Shown here in pieces: positions 56,832 through 64,000 of a stretch of DNA of 64,000 nt. The DNA is taken from positions 6,912,001-6,976,000 of the forward strand of contig OY759599.1 of NCBI GenBank assembly GCA_963662465.1, written 5' to 3'. Below the pieces are notes generated by a model. That model was not told the origin of the DNA. It did not search any database and was given only the letters and a program-made list of their open reading frames with translations. Both the position numbers and the translations under genes were made by a program. The stretch's first letter is position 1, and every line of letters starts with the position of its first letter. Source of the DNA: Desulfatiglandales bacterium. Its GTDB lineage: Bacteria; Desulfobacterota; DSM-4660; Desulfatiglandales; Desulfatiglandaceae.

Positions 56832-58484
56832 TTACGCCGGTTTTTTGTAAATTCGGTACTGCTGTCCTATGGAAAGGAGGTTGTTGACCAACCAGTAAAG
56901 AACGAGGCCGGAAGGGAAATTTATAAACATAAAAGTGAAAATGACGGGTAAAAACATCATGATTTTCGCTTGCGCGGGATCTCCCGGGGCAGGGGTCATT
57001 TTCTGCTGGATGAACATGGAACCGCCCATCAAAAGGGTTAGTACCGGTATCCCGTAAGGCGGGGTCATAAACGGAATATCAAATGAGAAATGAAATAATC
57101 GATCGGGCGCCGAGAGGTCGTTAATCCATAGCATGAAGGGCGCATGCCGCAGTTCGATGCAGGCCCCCAGAACCCTGAACAAGGCAAAAAACACCGGAAT
57201 TTGAACCACCATGGGCAAACACCCTCCCATGGGATTCACCTTGTAGGTTTTATACAGACCCATCATTTCCTGGTTTAATTTTTGCTTGTCGCCTTTATAT
57301 TTTTCCCTGAGCTTGGCCATCCGGGGCTGAAGTTTTTGCATCTCCTTCATGGACTTATAGCTTTTGTGGGTGAGGGGCCAGAAAAGAATCTTGACGAGGA
57401 TGGTCAAAAGGATAATGGATACGCCATAGTTATGAAGGTATTGATCGAAAAAACGCAGAATATAGAGCAGGGGCTTGGCGATAATGTCCGTCCATCCAAA
57501 ATTAATGGCGCGATCAAGGTTTTTCCCGAATTTTTGGAGGGTTCCCAGCTCGCGGGGACCCAGGTAAAGTTGATACTGGTTTGTGGCCTGGCCTGATGGT
57601 TGTAAAGAAACGGGGGTCGGTAAAAATACCCCTTCCAACACCCCTGATGAGAGACGTTTTCCCGTAAAGGCGCCCTTGGCGGGAATGTCGGGAACAACGG
57701 CTGAAATGAAGTAGTTGTCTTCATAGGCGACCCAACCGATATTTCCTCTGGCCGATTCTTCTTCACCCGGATCTTCCACTTTTATTTCGTCCAGTTTGTC
57801 ATCCAGGAGCAGGGCAAACCCCACATAGGCATAATAACTTCCCTTTTCGTTGGGGGGAATGGTTCTCAATGTCGTCCTGAAAACGCCGTTTACCGGCGCT
57901 GTGGTTGGATTGATTGCCGTTATCGCAAGATCAATGCCATACCGATCGGGAAAAAAGCGGTAGGTCTGGGTAATGTCAATCCCGTTTTGACCGATCCCGT
58001 GAAAAGCAATTGTTGCGGGCTCTGATCCCGGCTGGAGCGTCAGGGAATCTTTGTCCACTTCAAAAACCATGTTGCTTCCACCGGCATTATCGTCAAATTG
58101 GACGGTCAGGTAGTCGCCCATTCCTTCTTCCAGGGTGACCAGTTCAACAAAAGGCGAGTCGGGATTGGTCGTTTGACGATATTTTTTCAGTTTGAAGCTC
58201 TTTATGGTGGGGCCGACATTGCTGAAGACGGCTTTATAGAACGGTGTGTTGATTTCAATCTGTTTTTCTTCCATGTGAACGCCGGGCAGTTGTGTTGTGC
58301 TTCCGGGCGATGGTGGAACAATGATGCTTGCTGGGCTATTTTCACCGTTGGGCATTGACTGTGTGTTTACAGGGGCAATATCCTTTTGTAGCGGTGTCTG
58401 TTTCGGATTGGGTGAGAAAAAAAGAGACCATCCCACAAGAACGACAAACGATAAGGCAAAGGCCAGTATTGTTTTTTTATCCAT
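56832..58484 (-). CDS. yidC: Membrane protein insertase YidC
   Basis: NYGVSIILLT, VNPMGGCLP, WINDLS and PSGLVLYW motifs. Confidence 0.96.
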   Translation of the reverse strand: MDKKTILAFALSFVVLVGWSLFFSPNPKQTPLQKDIAPVNTQSMPNGENSPASIIVPPSPGSTTQLPGVHMEEKQIEINTPFYKAVFSNVGPTIKSFKLKKYRQTTNPDSPFVELVTLEEGMGDYLTVQFDDNAGGSNMVFEVDKDSLTLQPGSEPATIAFHGIGQNGIDITQTYRFFPDRYGIDLAITAINPTTAPVNGVFRTTLRTIPPNEKGSYYAYVGFALLLDDKLDEIKVEDPGEEESARGNIGWVAYEDNYFISAVVPDIPAKGAFTGKRLSSGVLEGVFLPTPVSLQPSGQATNQYQLYLGPRELGTLQKFGKNLDRAINFGWTDIIAKPLLYILRFFDQYLHNYGVSIILLTILVKILFWPLTHKSYKSMKEMQKLQPRMAKLREKYKGDKQKLNQEMMGLYKTYKVNPMGGCLPMVVQIPVFFALFRVLGACIELRHAPFMLWINDLSAPDRLFHFSFDIPFMTPPYGIPVLTLLMGGSMFIQQKMTPAPGDPAQAKIMMFLPVIFTFMFINFPSGLVLYWLVNNLLSIGQQYRIYKKPA

Positions 58485-58599
58485 AATTTGGGCTACTCAG
58501 TCCTATTGATTTTATTTGGAAAACCATCACATCGCCACGTTTCAATGCCAGGCGAAGACGCGAAGGTTGTCACGTGTCTTTCGAGTGAGGTCGGATTCC

Positions 58600-58848
58600 T
58601 CATGTCAGAGGGTCATATCCGCCGGGGTGAAACGGATGACATTTTAAAATCCTCATAAGGGCCAGCCAGGCGCCTTTTAGGATTCCATACTTTTGAAAGG
58701 CATGGCGAGCATAGGTAGAGCATGTAGGGTAAAAACGACAGGAAGGCAACCAAAAAGGCGAAATACACTGCTGATACACAACTATCAAGGAGATAGGGAT
58801 ATATCTACATTTATACATGAAACTTTTTTTAGACAACGATCTGTTCAA
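58600..58848 (-). CDS. yidD: Membrane protein insertion efficiency factor YidD (start may be 58818)
   Basis: CRFYPTCS and [11 protein letters not shown] motifs. Confidence 0.92.
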   Translation of the reverse strand: MNRSLSKKSFMYKCRYIPISLIVVYQQCISPFWLPSCRFYPTCSTYARHAFQKYGILKGAWLALMRILKCHPFHPGGYDPLT

Positions 58849-59197
58849 GTTCTTTTTCGGCTTTTCGGAGGTTTAGATAGTCGGCGCCCTTTTTTGCAAT
58901 GACGACGATGTCGTATCCCTGGGGAAGGCGTGCTTTATTGAGCCTGAAAAATTCCCTGATCAATCTCTTGGCTCTATTCCTTTTGACGGCATTGCCCACC
59001 TTTTTGCTGGCTGTTACCCCAAGTCTGGTTGTTCCTAGCTCGTTCTTTCCGGAAATGGCAATAAAATGCCTCATGTGGCAACGCTTTCCCGAACGATTTG
59101 CATTGACAAAATCCGCACGGCGCAATAGCCTCTCACTTTTTGGGAAAGAAAATGCCCCCTGCAAGCTTGGGGAAAACCGTTTCGGTTTGAAGGGCAT
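58829..59197 (-). CDS. rnpA: RNase P protein component
   Basis: [25 protein letters not shown]. Confidence 0.95.
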   Translation of the reverse strand: MPFKPKRFSPSLQGAFSFPKSERLLRRADFVNANRSGKRCHMRHFIAISGKNELGTTRLGVTASKKVGNAVKRNRAKRLIREFFRLNKARLPQGYDIVVIAKKGADYLNLRKAEKELEQIVV

Positions 59198-59332
59198 TTA
59201 TACGGTCAGTCTTTTTCGTCCTTTGGCTCTTCGCCTTTTCAGAACGTTTATTCCGGCCCGTGTTTGCATCCTTGCCCTGAAACCGTGGGTTCGTGCTCTC
59301 TTTATCCTGCTGGGTTGATAAGTCATTTTCAT
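59198..59332 (-). CDS. rpmH: 50S ribosomal protein L34 (not in the ORF track)
   Basis: Hand translation [44 protein letters not shown]. Confidence 0.95.
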   Translation of the reverse strand: MKMTYQPSRIKRARTHGFRARMQTRAGINVLKRRRAKGRKRLTV

Positions 59333-59373
59333 AATTCAATAGAACCCCTTCGCTGAAATTTTGTTTAAACAAT

Positions 59374-59403
59374 AATATAAACACATGCATTTATGCTTGT
59401 CAA
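59374..59403 (-). promoter_or_regulatory. Putative sigma70 promoter of the rpmH operon
   Basis: Minus strand TTGACA-18 nt-TATATT. Confidence 0.5.
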
Positions 59404-59594
59404 GCTACAATTCCCACCCGTAATTAAAATTCTGAAAATCATCCGAGTTTATTCGAACGTTCAACTAGGGGAGTGAGCGTATGATATCGTTTTTAACGCA
59501 TTCTGGCGATTACGGTTTTTTCACATTTTTAATTGATAATTTTCGCTGCATCCTATATCTACTTGGGTGAGCGTGAATCGCTCATTGCCCATGA

Positions 59595-60725
<1,131 letters not shown>

Positions 60726-60861
60726 AATCTTTTTCATGATTCCCTTTGCCCTTCGATTGCCGTATGCCGAGTCATGGTGTTTGGCTTCCGTATCGATAAA
60801 TAAAACATTCGTATATCTGAAATCGTCCTTTGACGGGTGTGGGTCATGGAGGGGGTAGTCA

Positions 60862-61731
60862 TTGCAGCGTGAAAGACGTTTCCCAAAAATATGGATCTGG
60901 TTGGCCTTTATTTGTTTTGCGCTGATTTTGCTGTCCTCGAATTCCAATCCGAGGAGCAGCTGGAATAGCGCTGAACAATTGGTGGTAGAAGGCGCAACGC
61001 CCCTTCAGAATGTTTTCAAGCAAACCGTGAACCTGGTGGTAAACCTTTGGGAGGATTATTTTTATCTGGTCGATGTTCACCAGGAAAACAGGCGTTTGAA
61101 GTTGGAATTGGACTCCCTCAGACGGGAAAATGGGTTGTACAGGGAACTGGTTGCCACCCATGAGCGCCTTCGCAATCTTCTGCGGTTTAAGGAAGCCGTC
61201 AGCCGGCCGGCGGTTGCCGCCCAGGTTGTGGCTTTGGATCCCACGGGCTGGTTTCAGTCTGTTGTGATCGACAAGGGAACGAACGCCGGCATAGAACCGG
61301 ATATGCCCGTGGTCAATGCTTCCGGCGTTGTGGGTCGAATCGTTTCCGTTTCTCCGAACTATGCTAAAGTGCTGCTGGTGATTGATCAGAACAGCGCCGT
61401 CGACTGCCTTGTGCAACGATCTCGCGATCGGGGAATGGTCAGGGGGCAGTCAGCCCAGATTTGCAGCTTGGACTATATGGTTAAGTCCGGCAGTGTGAAG
61501 GAAGGGGATATGGTGATCACGTCCGGACTGGGGGGGGCTTTTCCAAAAGGCCTTCCCGTGGGAACGATTTTGAATGTAAAAGAAGGGGATGGGGCCCTTT
61601 TCAAGGAGATAGCGGTGACGCCCGCCGTGGATTTTTCCAAGCTGGAAGAGGTCCTGGTTATTCCGCGGGCGAATAGCGGAGAACCCGAAATAGACGCGTT
61701 TGAACCGGACGGGGCGAGGGAGCATTTTTAA
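60862..61731 (+). CDS. mreC: Rod shape-determining protein MreC
   Basis: TM segment + coiled coil; IDKG, GVVGRI and TSGLGGAFPKGLPVG motifs. Confidence 0.93.
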   Translation: MQRERRFPKIWIWLAFICFALILLSSNSNPRSSWNSAEQLVVEGATPLQNVFKQTVNLVVNLWEDYFYLVDVHQENRRLKLELDSLRRENGLYRELVATHERLRNLLRFKEAVSRPAVAAQVVALDPTGWFQSVVIDKGTNAGIEPDMPVVNASGVVGRIVSVSPNYAKVLLVIDQNSAVDCLVQRSRDRGMVRGQSAQICSLDYMVKSGSVKEGDMVITSGLGGAFPKGLPVGTILNVKEGDGALFKEIAVTPAVDFSKLEEVLVIPRANSGEPEIDAFEPDGAREHF

Positions 61732-61732
61732 A

Positions 61733-61820
61733 ACCGAATATCGAATATCGAACAAGGAATGTCCGATTATGAAGTTTTCATTCGACATTCATCATTCCTT
61801 GTCTGACATTCTGCGGTTCA
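61733..61820. repeat. Facing heptameric arrays forming an imperfect inverted repeat
   Basis: ACCGAAT ATCGAAT ATCGAAC AAGGAAT GTCCGAT TATGAAG .. TTCATCATTCCTTGTCTGACATTCTGCGGTTCA. Confidence 0.75.
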
Positions 61821-61937
61821 AAAAACAGTCCATAAATACAAAGTGTTACATTTGAGGAAAGCGCCGTCAAAGCTTCAGGAACCAGGCCGATAGGCTTTTA
61901 CATATGTGCATGGCTGGGCGGGGGCGTCGTAACGCTC

Positions 61938-62408
61938 TTGACGGGCATATGGGGCGATCCCTGGGGTTTAGATTTACTAGACCTGGATTTTCTGACGATT
62001 TTGACCGGCTATCTTTTTTTAACATTCGGTCAGATTCCCGCGGGTATTTTTGTTCTGGGTCAGGGGTTTCTGATTGATGTTTTTTCAGGAGGACTGCACG
62101 GCCTGTTTACCGCTTCCTATCTGAGTGTATTTTTTGTGTTTCTTTTGGGATCTCGGTTCTTTAATCTTTTAAACCCGAAGGGGCAGATCATTATTGTTTC
62201 GCTGTCGGTTTTAATTAAAAATGCCATGCTGTTAATTCTGCTTCGCATTTTTTCCCAAGATGTCGTTTATTCAAAAACACTTCTGTTGGTTTCCCTTGTC
62301 TCCATATGCGGCACCGGGTTGGTTGCACCACTTTTTTTTCAATTGTTCAACCATTTGCGAGGAATTCCTCCCAGAATTGTTGGCGGCCCTTCTCCGGAAA
62401 AGCCTTAG
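61938..62408 (+). CDS. mreD: Rod shape-determining protein MreD (start uncertain; frame is open back to ~61836)
   Basis: Multi-TM, GFLIDVFSGG..G; located between mreC and mrdA. Confidence 0.8.
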   Translation: MTGIWGDPWGLDLLDLDFLTILTGYLFLTFGQIPAGIFVLGQGFLIDVFSGGLHGLFTASYLSVFFVFLLGSRFFNLLNPKGQIIIVSLSVLIKNAMLLILLRIFSQDVVYSKTLLLVSLVSICGTGLVAPLFFQLFNHLRGIPPRIVGGPSPEKP

Positions 62409-62495
62409 GAAAATGACGTCTCCGATAAAAAATAAGTCCACCATTTGCCGACCATTTTGAAACAACGGATAGAAACGCAAGGGTGAAAAAGAGCT

Positions 62496-64000
62496 TTGAA
62501 AACATCAAATTTTGATCCTGTTTCTCAGGATGTCTTTGCAAAACAGTTGAAAATAGCCGTGTTGTTTGTTTTGGTAATATTCGGCATCCTCATTCTCAGG
62601 CTGTGGTTTTTGCAAATCGTAAACGGCTCAGCCTATCGCGCCAAGAGCGAACTGAACCGGATACGTCTTCAGAGCATGGCGCCTTTCAGAGGGGTGATTC
62701 GGGATGGCAGTGGTGAAATCCTGGTGGATAACCGACCGTCCTATGACCTTTATGTTATCCCGGAAGAGATTCAGGACCGTGAGGCTTTGCTGAACCGGCT
62801 GAGTTGCCTGGGGAATCTGGAGATGGGGCCGGTGATGGAAAAACTGGGTCGGGCCGCTCGTGGATACCCCTTTAAGCCGGTTTGTTTGAAGAAGGATCTT
62901 TCCCGCCGGGAGCTGGCCATGATTGAGACGCGCCGGTTTGATCTGCCGGGGGTTATCATCAAGGTACGACCTCAAAGACACTATTTTTACGGCGCCTTGG
63001 CCGCGCATGTGGTAGGGTATCTGGGGGAGATCAGCGAGAGGCAGTTGAGAAGCGGCAAATTCCCCGATAATAGGTCGGGGGATTTGATTGGTAAGACCGG
63101 GATAGAAGGAAAATGGCAGGCGTCGCTGAATGGGGGGCGTGGCGGAGAGCAGGTGGAAGTTGATGCGGCGGGCCGAAGAATTAAGGTGATTTCTAGAAGG
63201 TCCCCAGTCTCCGGAGCGGATGTCTGCTTGACCATCAATCGGGAATTGCAGGCCCTGGCGGAGAACGCCCTTGATGGAAAGCACGGGGCTATTGTGGCCA
63301 TGGATCCCAGAAATGGGCAGATTTTGGCTTTGGCAAGCAGCCCTTCGTATGATCCCAATCTGTTTATTACGGGTTTTGATGACGATACGTGGCAAAATAT
63401 GGTGTCGTCAAAGGATTATCCCCTGCATAACCGTGCGCTTACCGGCCAGTATCCTCCCGGAAGCGTGTTCAAGATTGTTGTGGCGCTGGCGGGTCTTCAG
63501 GAGGGAGTTATCAGTCCCCAGGAAGCGCTTTACTGCAATGGTCGGTATTCTCTGGGGCGAGGGAAATATCAATGCTGGAAGCGTTCCGGGCATGGAAAAG
63601 TAGACCTGCATCGAGCGCTTGTGGAATCCTGCGATGTCTATTTTTATCATTTGGGAATGAGGCTCGGGGTGGACAGGATTGCGGATTATGCCCATCAACT
63701 GGGGTTGGGACAAAAAACCGGTTTTAATCTGGGACATGAAGAAAGCGGACTTATTCCTACTGCCGAATGGAAACGCAAACGGTGGGGGACGCCATGGCAG
63801 GGAGGGGAAACCGTATCCACTTCCATTGGTCAGAGTTTTGTACTGGTCACGCCATTGCAGGTGGCCACGTTTGTTTCGGCGGTTTTTAACGGCGGCCACG
63901 TTTACAGGCCCCAGGCGACCAAGTGGGTTCGGAAAACGGGCGGTGAAAGCATCTTTGAGTTTACGCCCCAATTGATCAGAAATGTAGCGATTAAACCGGA
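62496..64000 (+). CDS. mrdA: Penicillin-binding protein 2, truncated by the window end (not in the ORF track)
   Basis: Hand translation: RLWFLQI, APFRGVIRD, YPPGSVFK (SxxK), ESCDVYFY. Confidence 0.92.
   Translation, partial: MKTSNFDPVSQDVFAKQLKIAVLFVLVIFGILILRLWFLQIVNGSAYRAKSELNRIRLQSMAPFRGVIRDGSGEILVDNRPSYDLYVIPEEIQDREALLNRLSCLGNLEMGPVMEKLGRAARGYPFKPVCLKKDLSRRELAMIETRRFDLPGVIIKVRPQRHYFYGALAAHVVGYLGEISERQLRSGKFPDNRSGDLIGKTGIEGKWQASLNGGRGGEQVEVDAAGRRIKVISRRSPVSGADVCLTINRELQALAENALDGKHGAIVAMDPRNGQILALASSPSYDPNLFITGFDDDTWQNMVSSKDYPLHNRALTGQYPPGSVFKIVVALAGLQEGVISPQEALYCNGRYSLGRGKYQCWKRSGHGKVDLHRALVESCDVYFYHLGMRLGVDRIADYAHQLGLGQKTGFNLGHEESGLIPTAEWKRKRWGTPWQGGETVSTSIGQSFVLVTPLQVATFVSAVFNGGHVYRPQATKWVRKTGGESIFEFTPQLIRNVAIKP

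Overview
64-kb bacterial chromosomal window. Gene content suggests an anaerobic deltaproteobacterium (Desulfobacterota-like); this is an inference. Left to right: (1) squalene/phytoene synthase, vapBC, a 7xLysM amidase, an ornithine-cyclodeaminase-like gene, and pxpA/pxpBC split by an ATPase-nuclease gene. (2) A two-cassette integron-type array with no integrase (RNA ligase, YggL), followed by a decayed defence island: an orphan IetA-like ATPase, then GmrSD, HsdR and AlbA-HATPase genes that each lack their central region. (3) An ~18.5-kb co-directional catabolic cluster (ETF, acyl-CoA dehydrogenase, GntR, B12 mutase, TRAP, CoA ligase, xanthine-dehydrogenase-family Mo enzyme, hydantoinase A/B) whose composition matches the anaerobic indole-3-acetate (iaa) pathway. 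(4) An ~8-kb repeat-rich accessory patch: Uma2, Rpn, a group II intron inserted at the foot of a REP hairpin, duplicated FGE-sulfatase/GxxExxY units bounded by ~9-nt-period inverted repeats, and two TA pairs. (5) A DUF4338-ISAs1 element with a -1 slippery site, interrupted by a 4.7-kb IS21-family element carrying four extra genes (Zn-finger, HTH, ParB-like, RHH-like). (6) Housekeeping genes thiC, mnmE-jag-yidC-yidD-rnpA-rpmH and mreBCD-mrdA. No rRNA, tRNA or CRISPR array was recognised. All family calls come from motif recognition by eye, not from database searches.
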